Source of the DNA: Ignavibacteriaceae bacterium
GTDB taxonomy: Bacteria; Bacteroidota; Ignavibacteria; Ignavibacteriales; Ignavibacteriaceae
DNA length: 64,000 bases
NCBI GenBank assembly: GCA_035478175.1
Contig: DATIJX010000031.1
Span: forward strand, 2,854-66,853
Direction of reading: 5' to 3'
Part shown: positions 49,636 through 59,327 of the stretch, piece after piece
How positions within the stretch are numbered: the stretch's first letter is position 1
How the letters are laid out: every line of letters starts with the position of its first letter
The notes under the pieces: model-generated
Told to the model about the DNA's origin: nothing
Seen by the model: only the letters and a program-made list of their open reading frames with translations
Database searches by the model: none
Position numbers and translations under genes: made by a program

Positions 49636-50154
49636 ATGAAATTAATTTTCATCTCTCTGTTCGTTTACTTACCGCTACTGTCATTCGTTGGCAATGCACA
49701 GTTAAAAATCGGCTATGTTGATTCTGATACCATAATGGATAATTATCCTGATGTGCAGGATGCAAGGCAAAAGTTAGATGCTTTGATTCAGGAATGGCAA
49801 TCCGAAATAAGAAAGCTTGAATCAGAACTTAAAGCCAAGCAGGATGATTACGATAAAAGAAAACTAATCATGACCGAGCAAACCAGCATTGAAGTAATGG
49901 CTGAAATAACCAAGCTCCAAAAAGACATTGCAGACTACCGCGATAAAAAGTTCGGAGCCAACGGTGAATTATTCCAGAAGCAAAATGAACTGATGAAGCC
50001 GATTCAAAATAAAGTCTTTACAATAATACAGCAGATTGCAACAGAGGAAGAGATGGATTATGTTTTCGATAGAAGCGGAGATATACTTTTTCTTTATGCA
50101 AAACCCGAACATGACTTAACTGCCAAAGTGATTGAAAGATTGAAGCTTGAATAA
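49636..50154 (+). CDS. skp: OmpH/Skp periplasmic chaperone (second copy)
   Basis: Same pattern as the first copy (KIGYVDSD ... YVFDRSG). Confidence 0.8.
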   Translation: MKLIFISLFVYLPLLSFVGNAQLKIGYVDSDTIMDNYPDVQDARQKLDALIQEWQSEIRKLESELKAKQDDYDKRKLIMTEQTSIEVMAEITKLQKDIADYRDKKFGANGELFQKQNELMKPIQNKVFTIIQQIATEEEMDYVFDRSGDILFLYAKPEHDLTAKVIERLKLE

Positions 50155-51208
50155 AAATCTAAAAATTAAGCTATCTGAAATTGCTTCGATGGTTGGAGGC
50201 AAAATTATTGGTGATGCAGATGTGATCATAAATTCCGTTGCAAGAATTGATGAAGCAGTAAAAGGGGATCTCACGTTTTTATACCTTCACGAGTTTGAAA
50301 AATATTTTCCATCTACCGGTGCATCTGCAATATTAGTTAAACCGGATTTTAATAAGACACGAAGTGATATTTCTTATATCGAAGTTGACTCACCTGAAAA
50401 AGCATTTACTGCTGTAATTATAAATTACTTCTCACCAAAGTTTGAACTTCTGGGCATTGACGAAACGTCCTTCATCCATAAATCATCAACTCTTGGTAAA
50501 AATGTTGCGTTGGGTAAAAATGTTGTAATTGGTGCAAACTGTAAGATAGGTGATAATGTTAAAATTTTTCACAATGCCGTGCTGCTTGATAATGTAGAAG
50601 TTGGAGACGATTCAATGATTTTCCAGAATGTAAGTATTAGAGAAGATTGTAAGATTGGGAAGAAGGTCATAATTCACGCAGGTGCTGTTATAGGTGCTGA
50701 TGGTTTTGGATATCAAAAAGATGACAAGGGTGTTTATAATAAAGTTCCGCAAATCGGAAATGTTGTAGTTGAAGATGATGTTGAAATAGGAGCAAACACT
50801 ACCATTGACAGAGCCGCACTTGGAAGTACTGTTATCAAGAAAGGTGTTAAGATTGATAACCTTGTCCAGATAGCTCATAATGTTACTGTAGGAAGTAATA
50901 CGGTGATGTCAGCTCAAAGCGGAGTTTCAGGTAGTGTGAAGATCGGCAGCAATGTTATTGTCGCTGGGCAGGTTGGAATTGCAGGTCATCTTGAGATTGC
51001 GGATAATGTTATTTTAATGGCTCAGTCTGGTGTTCCCAAAACCATAACAAAACCGGGTTTGTATTTTGGTACTCCTTCAAAAGAAGCTAAGACAGCAAAA
51101 ATTCTTGAAGCTCATTTTAGAAATTTTCCTGAATATGTGGATCGAATAAAAAAACTAGAGGAGGAAATTAAAAACCTTAAAGAAGAAATTTCTCAAAGGA
51201 AAGTCTGA
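50147..51208 (+). CDS. lpxD: UDP-3-O-acylglucosamine N-acyltransferase
   Basis: Left-handed beta-helix hexapeptide repeats and the LpxD N-terminal domain. The TTG start overlaps the skp stop. Confidence 0.9.
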   Translation: MNKNLKIKLSEIASMVGGKIIGDADVIINSVARIDEAVKGDLTFLYLHEFEKYFPSTGASAILVKPDFNKTRSDISYIEVDSPEKAFTAVIINYFSPKFELLGIDETSFIHKSSTLGKNVALGKNVVIGANCKIGDNVKIFHNAVLLDNVEVGDDSMIFQNVSIREDCKIGKKVIIHAGAVIGADGFGYQKDDKGVYNKVPQIGNVVVEDDVEIGANTTIDRAALGSTVIKKGVKIDNLVQIAHNVTVGSNTVMSAQSGVSGSVKIGSNVIVAGQVGIAGHLEIADNVILMAQSGVPKTITKPGLYFGTPSKEAKTAKILEAHFRNFPEYVDRIKKLEEEIKNLKEEISQRKV

Positions 51209-51314
51209 ATCTTCAGTCACTCCACAGATTCCCATTTATTGGATTTCAAGGCTCATCTTACTAATTTTCCAACCAATTAATACTTTCAAATCGTAAAACA
51301 AATCGGATTTCTAA

Positions 51315-52739
51315 ATGTTAGAACAGCAGAGAACAATAGCCAAACCAGTATCAATGACAGGAATTGGACTTCATACCGGGACAGAATGTAAGCTCACATT
51401 TAAACCAGCACCAGAAAATCACGGAATTAAATTTGTCAGAACAGATCTTGGCGGAAATCCTGAAATTCCGGCAATTGCGGACAATGTGGTGGATGTTTCC
51501 CGCGGAACAACTCTGGGAATTGGAGATGCAAAAGTTCATACGGTTGAGCACGTTTTAGCTGCTATTATGGGTTTACAAATTGATAATATAATTATTGAAG
51601 TAGAAGGAATTGAACCACCTGTTGGCGATGGAAGTGCGTTACCTTATGTTGAAGTTTTACAGAAAGCCGGTTTTGAACAGCAGGAAGCTCCAAAAGATTA
51701 TTTGGTAATTGATCAAACAATTATGCATCATGAAGACGACAGGCAGGTTGATATAGTCGCTTTGCCTCTTGATGATTATCGTGTAACTGTTATGATTGAT
51801 TTTCAAAATCCAGCACTCGGCAGCCAGCATACAGGACTATTTGATTTCGAAAAAGAATTTGCAACCGAATTTGCACCTGCAAGAACTTTTTGCTTTTTAA
51901 GTGAAGTTGAAGCATTGGCCAACCAGGGATTAATAAAAGGCGGCGATATTGATAATGCAGTTGTAATTGTTGACCATAAATTGGAAGATAAAGAACTTCA
52001 GGAGCTTGCAAATAAAATTGGTGTGAAAGAAAAAATTAATCTTGGCACTAATGGTATTCTTAATAACAAAGAGCTCAGATTTAGAAATGAACCTGTCAGA
52101 CATAAGCTTTTAGATCTTATTGGTGATCTTGCATTAATTGGTGCTCCACTAAAAGCACAGATTTTAGCTGCACGTCCCGGTCACAAAGCTAATGTTGAAT
52201 TTGCTAAACAGGTAAGGAAACTTTATCAGCAGAAAAAACTTGTAAAGAAATTCCAGCTTGTAAAAAAGGAAGGAGTAGTGTTCGATGCAAATGCAATAGA
52301 GCGTATACTGCCCCACAGATATCCCTTCCTGCTTGTTGATAAAATAATTGAGCTTGAGGTTGATAAAAGAGTTGTTGGTGTAAAATCAGTTACAGCGAAT
52401 GAACCCTTTTTTCCGGGGCATTTCCCCGGCAATCCGATAATGCCCGGCGTTCTTATTATTGAAGCAATGGCACAAACCGGCGGAGTATTCCTGCTTGGTT
52501 CAATCCCGGATCCGGAAAATCATCTTGTTTACTTTATGCAAATCAACAATGCTAAATTCAGAAAACCGGTTGTGCCCGGTGACCAGCTATTTATGGAAGT
52601 GGAACTTGTTCAGAAGAAAAGTAAAATTATTTTGATGAAGGGTAAAGCTTTCGTTAACGAAGTGCTCGTTGCTGAAGCTGATTTTATGGCTGGTATAGTT
52701 GATAAACCAAAAGCAAATAATTCATCCGAAGAAAAATGA
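51315..52739 (+). CDS. lpxC/fabZ: bifunctional UDP-3-O-acyl-GlcNAc deacetylase / 3-hydroxyacyl-ACP dehydratase
   Basis: LpxC part (GIGLHTG, HTVEHVLAA, HKLLDLIGDL) fused to a FabZ part (LPHRYPFLLVD, FFPGHFPGNPIMPGVL). Confidence 0.93.
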   Translation: MLEQQRTIAKPVSMTGIGLHTGTECKLTFKPAPENHGIKFVRTDLGGNPEIPAIADNVVDVSRGTTLGIGDAKVHTVEHVLAAIMGLQIDNIIIEVEGIEPPVGDGSALPYVEVLQKAGFEQQEAPKDYLVIDQTIMHHEDDRQVDIVALPLDDYRVTVMIDFQNPALGSQHTGLFDFEKEFATEFAPARTFCFLSEVEALANQGLIKGGDIDNAVVIVDHKLEDKELQELANKIGVKEKINLGTNGILNNKELRFRNEPVRHKLLDLIGDLALIGAPLKAQILAARPGHKANVEFAKQVRKLYQQKKLVKKFQLVKKEGVVFDANAIERILPHRYPFLLVDKIIELEVDKRVVGVKSVTANEPFFPGHFPGNPIMPGVLIIEAMAQTGGVFLLGSIPDPENHLVYFMQINNAKFRKPVVPGDQLFMEVELVQKKSKIILMKGKAFVNEVLVAEADFMAGIVDKPKANNSSEEK

Positions 52740-53512
52740 AAAACATACATCCTACCGCAATTGTAAATCCCGAAGCTAAACTCGGTGAAAACTTATCAGT
52801 TGGTCCTTATGCAATCATAGAAGCAGATGTTGAGATTGGAAACGATTGTGTTATTGGTCCGCATGCTGTTTTGTATAGCGGTGCAAGAATCGGTAACCGT
52901 GTAAAAATTTCTCAGGGAGCCTCAGTTGCTAATCTTCCGCAGGACTTAAAATTTTCTGGTGAGCCAACTCAGTTTATTATTGGTGATGATACTGTTGTTC
53001 GGGAATTTGCAACTTTGCACAGAGGCACTAAAGAAACAGGTAAATCACAGGTTGGTAAAAATTGTCTGCTGATGGCATACAGTCACATACCTCACGATTG
53101 TGAAGTCGGCGATAACTGCATTATCGCTAACTCTGTTCAGATTGGAGGTCACTCTCACATAGAAGATTGGGTAATTATCGGAGGTTTAGCCGGATTGCAT
53201 CAGTTCTCCCGGGTTGGTGAACATTCGATGATTGCAGGTGCGGCAAAAATTACGCAGGATGTTCCGCCATATATTTTAGCAGTAAATGACCCGGCTGAAT
53301 TTGGTGGACTTAATGTTGTTGGTTTAAGAAGAAGAGGTTTTAAAGCTGAAGACATTCAGACTCTTAAAGAAGCTTATAAATATTTATACGATAAGTCTTT
53401 GAATGTTACTCAGGCTGTTGAGATAATAGAATCAAAGTTTGGCGATAATATTTACGTTAGGAAATTACTTAACTTTTTGAGCGGCACTAAACGGGGAATT
53501 GTTGGTAAATGA
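52736..53512 (+). CDS. lpxA: acyl-ACP--UDP-GlcNAc O-acyltransferase
   Basis: IHPTAIV start, hexapeptide repeats and a GLNVVGLRRRGF C-domain. ATGA overlap with the upstream gene. Confidence 0.93.
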   Translation: MKNIHPTAIVNPEAKLGENLSVGPYAIIEADVEIGNDCVIGPHAVLYSGARIGNRVKISQGASVANLPQDLKFSGEPTQFIIGDDTVVREFATLHRGTKETGKSQVGKNCLLMAYSHIPHDCEVGDNCIIANSVQIGGHSHIEDWVIIGGLAGLHQFSRVGEHSMIAGAAKITQDVPPYILAVNDPAEFGGLNVVGLRRRGFKAEDIQTLKEAYKYLYDKSLNVTQAVEIIESKFGDNIYVRKLLNFLSGTKRGIVGK

Positions 53513-54267
53513 TATGGCGATTTATAAATACAGGTTTTAACCCCGGCAGCTTTAATATGGATTATGACCTGGAACTCGTAAGAAATTTTTCAGGAGCTCC
53601 TGTTCTGAGAGTTTACCAGTGGAAACCATACTGCATTTCTCTCGGTGCAAACCAGGATTACAATTCAGTTGATCAAAAAAAAACTGCTGGTAATGGTTTA
53701 GATGTTGTGAAGAGACCAACCGGTGGAAGAGCCATTCTTCACGCTGAAGAGTTAACTTATTCGGTTGTGTATCCAATCTCTGATGACAAGTCTCCAAAAC
53801 AAATTTACCGCGAAATAAATCTTGCATTAAAAAAAGGGCTTGTCCTTTACGATTATTTATTAGATAAGATTGAACTCGAACATACTCAGCCTCATTTCCC
53901 TACATTCTATAAGGATACCAAAAGTACATTATGCTTTGCAGTTTCTGCAATGAATGAACTTAACTATAAGGGAAAGAAAGTTGTCGGCAGTGCACAGAGG
54001 AAAATCGGCAATGTCATTCTTCAGCACGGTTCAATCCTTTGCGGAAGTTTTCATAAACGAATTATAGATTATTTGAATCTTCCCGATGATAAGCTCAAAG
54101 AAATTAAAACCGAAATTGAGCGAACCACAATTGAGCTGGAAGCCATACTTGACGAAGAAATAAATTATCAGAAATTATCTGATGCAATTAAAGAGGGATT
54201 TGAAAATCACTTTAATGTTAAGCTCGAAGAAGAAATATTTACAGAAACTATTTCACAGGTTAATTAA
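53509..54267 (+). CDS. lipoate-protein ligase / octanoyltransferase family (LplA/LipM-like)
   Basis: [10 protein letters not shown] and [12 protein letters not shown] (catalytic Lys region). ATGA overlap upstream. Confidence 0.78.
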   Translation: MIWRFINTGFNPGSFNMDYDLELVRNFSGAPVLRVYQWKPYCISLGANQDYNSVDQKKTAGNGLDVVKRPTGGRAILHAEELTYSVVYPISDDKSPKQIYREINLALKKGLVLYDYLLDKIELEHTQPHFPTFYKDTKSTLCFAVSAMNELNYKGKKVVGSAQRKIGNVILQHGSILCGSFHKRIIDYLNLPDDKLKEIKTEIERTTIELEAILDEEINYQKLSDAIKEGFENHFNVKLEEEIFTETISQVN

Positions 54268-55082
54268 TGTCAGCAGAAAAAGAAATAAGAAGAGTAACCA
54301 CAAAAGCCCTCGATATTCTTAAAAAGAAAAAAGTTAAGATCACTGCACTAACTGCATACGATTTTATCACTGCAAAACTATTAGATGAAGCAGGAATTGA
54401 TATAATACTCGTTGGTGATTCATTGAGTAATGTTTTCCAGGGAAACGAGACCACACTTCCTGTTACGATGGATGAAATGATATATCATACAAAGGCAGTA
54501 ACCAAAGGAGTTAACCGCGCAATGGTTGTTGTTGATATGCCTTTTATGTCCTATCAGCTTGGTGCTGATGATGGTTTCAGGAATGCAGGGAGAATATTGA
54601 AGGAAACTCATGCAGCAGCAGTGAAATTAGAAGGCGGCAGACGTGTTGCTGAGACCGTGAAGAAGATTACTGAAAATGGAATTCCTGTGATGGGTCACGT
54701 TGGTTTAACTCCGCAAAGCATTCACCAGTTCGGCAGCTATAAAGAACGCGGCACAAATAAAAAAGAAGCCGATGAAATATTTGAAGATGCAAAAATTCTG
54801 GAAGAGGTTGGTGCTTTCGCAGTTGTTCTGGAAAAGATTCCCGCTTCACTTGCAAAGAAAATAACTTCTTCATTAACTATTCCTACAATTGGAATCGGTG
54901 CGGGGAAATTTTGTGATGGTCAGATACTCGTTACTCCCGATATGCTTGCACTCAATGTAGATTTTCATCCACGATTCGTACGACATTATTCCAAGCTTGC
55001 TTCGGAAATAAACAAAGCTGTTAAGTCATATATAGTGGATGTCAAAAAAGGAAGCTTCCCTTCCGTTGATGAAAGTTACTAG
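54267..55082 (+). CDS. panB: 3-methyl-2-oxobutanoate hydroxymethyltransferase
   Basis: LTAYD, LVGDSL, DMPF, VKLEGG and GHVGLTPQS. Confidence 0.93.
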   Translation: MSAEKEIRRVTTKALDILKKKKVKITALTAYDFITAKLLDEAGIDIILVGDSLSNVFQGNETTLPVTMDEMIYHTKAVTKGVNRAMVVVDMPFMSYQLGADDGFRNAGRILKETHAAAVKLEGGRRVAETVKKITENGIPVMGHVGLTPQSIHQFGSYKERGTNKKEADEIFEDAKILEEVGAFAVVLEKIPASLAKKITSSLTIPTIGIGAGKFCDGQILVTPDMLALNVDFHPRFVRHYSKLASEINKAVKSYIVDVKKGSFPSVDESY

Positions 55083-55086
55083 TTTT

Positions 55087-56250
55087 ATGGGTATACGGTT
55101 AATATGGTTTAAGAGTATAAGTAATAAGATTTTTAAAGAGCTTTATACATTTACACCATATACCTCTATACCTCTATACCTTTATACCATCATAGCTCTA
55201 ACGTTTTTTTTAACACCAAATTCCGTCGCACAAGAGCATGAAGTATTCTTAAAAGGTGCTGCAGTAACTGATATAGCTGAGGAAGAAGGATTTCTGTGGG
55301 TATCAACCTACGGTCAGGGAATCTATCGTTACTCAATTGCAGATGGTAAATGGATGAACTACTCAACAAAAAGTGGAAACCTGAGCGATGATCTTTTTTA
55401 TGCTGTCGAAGTTAGCAAAAATTTTGTATGGGCTGCTTCTGTTGAAGGTTTGTTTACATTAACTAAGAAGGGCGGCAGATGGGACAAAAGAAAATTTGCT
55501 CAAGGCGGTGAATTCGGAAACTGGATTCGTTCTCTTAAATATGATGAGAAACAAAATGTTCTTTGGATTGGAAGATTCAGGAACATAACACGCTTTGATC
55601 TTAAAACCAGAAAGTATGAAGACATTGACCGCACTCAGGGAACAGATCAAAAATCCAACACGATAAAATCAATTGAGCTTGACGGCGACAGTCTCGTTTG
55701 GTTTGGCACAGAATCGGGCGTTCACATATACAACAAAAAGAAAAAACATTCTGACCGTTCTGCCTGGCGGTATTTTACCAATAAGAGCAAAGCATTTAAG
55801 GAAGAAGGAAAAACAGTTTCAGTATCTAAAATTCTTTTTGAAGGAAGAAATATCTGGTTTGGTACGGATGAATTCATAACTGCTGAACAACCAGATTTCA
55901 ATCTCGGTGGGATTTATATTCACGACAGAAGAATCAACTGGGACAGAATTTACAAAAGGGATGGTCTCGCTGGCAATGGAATTTATTCGCTTTGCCGAAT
56001 CGGAAACTACATCTGGGTTGGAGTTTATGAATTTGACAAACAGCAAAAACTTGAATACGGCAAAGGCTTATATATAATCAACAGAGTTACCCGGCAGGTG
56101 ACTCCAGTCGACCTCAATGAACTCGATATTACTTCCTCATCAATTTTATCTTTTCATTTTGACGGTACAAATATCTGGATCGGAACCGGCGAGGGACTCA
56201 TAAAGTTGAAAATTGATAACAGGCTCGCCGAGTGGCCAAAAAAGAAATAA
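55087..56250 (+). CDS. stand-alone beta-propeller protein (two-component-regulator-propeller-like repeats)
   Basis: Repeated W(V/I)(G/A)T..G(L/V) blades. I place the start at ATG 55087, but the first ~100 nt are occupied by an inverted repeat, so the start is uncertain. Confidence 0.6.
   Translation: MGIRLIWFKSISNKIFKELYTFTPYTSIPLYLYTIIALTFFLTPNSVAQEHEVFLKGAAVTDIAEEEGFLWVSTYGQGIYRYSIADGKWMNYSTKSGNLSDDLFYAVEVSKNFVWAASVEGLFTLTKKGGRWDKRKFAQGGEFGNWIRSLKYDEKQNVLWIGRFRNITRFDLKTRKYEDIDRTQGTDQKSNTIKSIELDGDSLVWFGTESGVHIYNKKKKHSDRSAWRYFTNKSKAFKEEGKTVSVSKILFEGRNIWFGTDEFITAEQPDFNLGGIYIHDRRINWDRIYKRDGLAGNGIYSLCRIGNYIWVGVYEFDKQQKLEYGKGLYIINRVTRQVTPVDLNELDITSSSILSFHFDGTNIWIGTGEGLIKLKIDNRLAEWPKKK
55089..55190. 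repeat. GGTATA-unit inverted repeat, same family as 1361-1436
   Basis: GGTATACGGTTAATATGGTTTAAGAGTATAAG (55089-55120) pairs with the reverse complement of CTTTATACATTTACACCATATACCTCTATACC (55141-55172). Extra TATACC units follow to 55190. Confidence 0.65.
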
Positions 56251-56378
56251 ACCCAGCTTTTTTTGAACTGAAAATTTCCGGCATAAATTAATCCCGCTTC
56301 ATCAAATCGATTCTTATTTACTCTATCCTGATAATTTCTTAGTTTTGCATTTATCAGGGTAACAATTAAAGGTGCGAT

Positions 56379-59327
56379 ATGAAGAGTATTTACAAAATTT
56401 TTCTTCTGGCACTTGGGGTTTATACATCTGCCATCTCTCAAATAGCGGAAATCACAAGACTTCCCGTTCAGGACATTTCACAATCTATTAAAGAATCTGC
56501 TCCGGTCTGGCTTTCAGAAAATGAGATAATGATTTTTTATGTGAACCAAACTCAGGACACAATCTTTTCTGCGAAAAGTACAAATCGAGGAAGCAGCTGG
56601 CAGCATCCGGATGTAACTCAAGTCATAAATTTATTAACCAATCAGGAATTGCTTCACTTAGCGGCATTGAGAACTTCTTCAGGAAGAGTACTGCTTGCCT
56701 GGACTGTTCTTTCTGAATCAATGAAATTAATTCATTCGGATGACAAAGGAGAAAACTGGTCTCAGCCAATTAGTATTCTTGGCGGAGGAGCTCACCCAAC
56801 ATATCAGAAAAGTTCCAGTTACCTGAATATTACTGAATGGCAAAATAATGAATTGTGTCTGAGTTTTTACAGCGCAGACGGCCGAAGCTATTACAAATTA
56901 AGTGTTGATGACGGATTAACATGGAGCGCGAATCCATTAGAATTTCCGCACTCGCCTCAATACCGAACTCAGGAGCTTACAATTATTACCCTTGAACAGA
57001 ATACAATGCTTGGTGTCTATGAAAGCAGTGTTATTGATTTCTCTGGAATTTATTACAGAGTGAGCACAGACTACGGTCTGAATTGGTCTAATCAATTTGT
57101 CATTGCTGATGAAATTTATCACGAAAGAAGACCAAAGGTTTCAAAATTAGAGAATGGAAACATCATAGTTATCTATCAAAGGGATAAAGTTAAAGTCGCA
57201 ACAAGCTATGGTGAGAAAGATATTTACTTTAAAGTCAGCAGTGATAACGGAAGTTCGTGGTCGGAAGAAAACCAATTTACTAAGTACATTGGCGAAGACC
57301 TCACATTAAACCTTTCAACTTTACAGAATAAAACGTTCGTCACTTTTGCTACTGAGAGATATTCGTTAATCGATCCGCTTGAAACTCCTTTTCAGGTTGC
57401 TTATGGCATTCTGCAAGAATCTGATGACAAGTTCACTCCGCCAAAAGTTTACCATGCTTACGCACCTCAGGAGTTGATAGATTATGTAAAGAAAGAATTT
57501 GTTTATCGCGTAACTGCTATTGATGATGAAGCCGTGAAGTCAGTTATAGTTTCAATGGAAGACTCGGCTTATATCGTAGAAGTTTTTGATGATGGAATGC
57601 ACAATGATGGTGAAGCGAATGATTCTGTCTTTGCAAATACTTTCCCATTCATAAATCCACGGTATCTTAACGGGCATACATTTAATGTTAATAAAATTTA
57701 CCTTCCTTTAAATAATGCAGGTGTTTTGGCTGATGTTAATGTTAGTTATGGACAAAAAGCTACGATTGTTTCTGCAGATAATATTGGTAATGAATCCGTT
57801 TATAAAAGAGATGTGAGTCTTGGAGGGCAGGGTTCACTTGGTCAGTATGATGGGGGCGGATTTCTTTTCTCCGCAGGATTTTTCTTATCCGGTTATGTTA
57901 GTGAAAATCTTTTTGTAAATGGTGTTGCCAGTTCTACTCTTGTAGAAGTTTACCAACCGGGAGTAGTTGGCAGCGATCCCAAGGATATGATTAATACTCT
58001 TTACGTTGTAAACAAAAATGATCCTCCATTTGGAAACAGCTGGCAAAACTGGAAGAATGCTGTACTGCTTGGAGCTGATTTTTATGATGGAGACATTGAT
58101 GGACATTATAATCCTGTCGATAAAAACTTTAATGGCACCTGGGATTTGAATGAAGATATGCCCCCATTAATTGGTGATGAAATAGCCTGGTGTGTTTACA
58201 ACGACGGTATGCCTGCAGATCAGAGAAGATTCGGGTTTAAAGTTGACCCGGTTGGAGTTGAAGTAAGACAGACTTTGTTTGCATCAAATAATTCTGAATT
58301 AGAAAATGTGATCTTCATAAAGTATAAGTTAAGCAATACCGGCTTAGTGAGTGATGAACTGGATTCTGTTTTCTTTAGTCCCTGGGATGATACCGATATC
58401 GGTGATGCAACCGATGATCTTGGAGGATGTGATACTTTATTAAATTCAATCTTTACATATAACTCTCCGGTTGATGCGTTCTATGGAAATAATCCGCCTG
58501 CTGTTTACACTTCTGTGTTGCAAGGACCTGTTGTTGAATCAACAACTGTTACTGATACAGCTTTTATCAGGAATGGAAGACTATTAGGCGAACAAAGTAT
58601 TCCTGGTTTTAAAAATCTTGGTTTATTTTCATTTACCGGTTATGCAAAAGGCAGTCTCAATCAAGGTGATCCACGAGACAGTGCACAAGTCTGGAATTAT
58701 GTTTTTGGCCGGGAGAGGGACGGAAATTTGCTAAATCCTTGCGATTCAGCCTGGGGCTATGTGTATGGTAATATTAACTGTAATGATATCAATCCTTTGT
58801 ATTGGTTTTCTGGTGATCCTGTTAATAAAATAGGGTGGCTTGATATACAAGCAAGAGATGATAGAAAATTTTCCAGCATCGGTCCCCTACAATTAGAAAA
58901 AAATAAACCCGTAGAAATAATACTCGCACTTATTGTTGGAAGAGGAGCTGACAATCTCAACTCAATCACAGTTGCAAGAGAAATTGTGCAGAGAGCAATT
59001 CAGGAATACCAGAGTAACTTTGCTTCAATGACTTACACACCACCGGCACCAACAAATCCTGTAAACAGTTATGTGCTTTATCAGAACTATCCGAATCCCT
59101 TCAATCCAACTACAACAATAAGGTACGAACTACCACAGGATGGAGTAGTAACCATCGAAGTGTTCGATATACTTGGACAAAAAGTAAAAACATTGTTAAA
59201 CGAATTCCAGAAAGCGGATAGATATGAAGTAACATTTAACTCCGCAGGATTGGCAAGCGGAGTGTACATTTATCAGATAAGAGTAAATGACTTCATAACA
59301 AGTAAAAAAATGGTGTTAATAAGATGA
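56379..59327 (+). CDS. T9SS-secreted multidomain protein, paralog 1 (Asp-box propeller + acidic Ca-site-like middle + CTD)
   Basis: 982 aa. Asp-boxes (SDDKGENW, VDDGLTW, STDYGLNW, SSDNGSSW), FDDGMHNDGEANDSVFAN, FYDGDIDGHYNPVDKNFNGTWDLNEDMP and a T9SS tail. Confidence 0.85.
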   Translation: MKSIYKIFLLALGVYTSAISQIAEITRLPVQDISQSIKESAPVWLSENEIMIFYVNQTQDTIFSAKSTNRGSSWQHPDVTQVINLLTNQELLHLAALRTSSGRVLLAWTVLSESMKLIHSDDKGENWSQPISILGGGAHPTYQKSSSYLNITEWQNNELCLSFYSADGRSYYKLSVDDGLTWSANPLEFPHSPQYRTQELTIITLEQNTMLGVYESSVIDFSGIYYRVSTDYGLNWSNQFVIADEIYHERRPKVSKLENGNIIVIYQRDKVKVATSYGEKDIYFKVSSDNGSSWSEENQFTKYIGEDLTLNLSTLQNKTFVTFATERYSLIDPLETPFQVAYGILQESDDKFTPPKVYHAYAPQELIDYVKKEFVYRVTAIDDEAVKSVIVSMEDSAYIVEVFDDGMHNDGEANDSVFANTFPFINPRYLNGHTFNVNKIYLPLNNAGVLADVNVSYGQKATIVSADNIGNESVYKRDVSLGGQGSLGQYDGGGFLFSAGFFLSGYVSENLFVNGVASSTLVEVYQPGVVGSDPKDMINTLYVVNKNDPPFGNSWQNWKNAVLLGADFYDGDIDGHYNPVDKNFNGTWDLNEDMPPLIGDEIAWCVYNDGMPADQRRFGFKVDPVGVEVRQTLFASNNSELENVIFIKYKLSNTGLVSDELDSVFFSPWDDTDIGDATDDLGGCDTLLNSIFTYNSPVDAFYGNNPPAVYTSVLQGPVVESTTVTDTAFIRNGRLLGEQSIPGFKNLGLFSFTGYAKGSLNQGDPRDSAQVWNYVFGRERDGNLLNPCDSAWGYVYGNINCNDINPLYWFSGDPVNKIGWLDIQARDDRKFSSIGPLQLEKNKPVEIILALIVGRGADNLNSITVAREIVQRAIQEYQSNFASMTYTPPAPTNPVNSYVLYQNYPNPFNPTTTIRYELPQDGVVTIEVFDILGQKVKTLLNEFQKADRYEVTFNSAGLASGVYIYQIRVNDFITSKKMVLIR

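Noticed and set aside
49036-50154. Tandem skp/ompH duplication
   Set aside because: Two OmpH genes after bamA are common in this group, and both copies look intact and ordinary.
51315-52739. LpxC-FabZ fusion as a novelty
   Set aside because: This fusion is a known, lineage-typical feature of Bacteroidota, Chlorobiota and Ignavibacteriota. It is useful for taxonomy but is not new.
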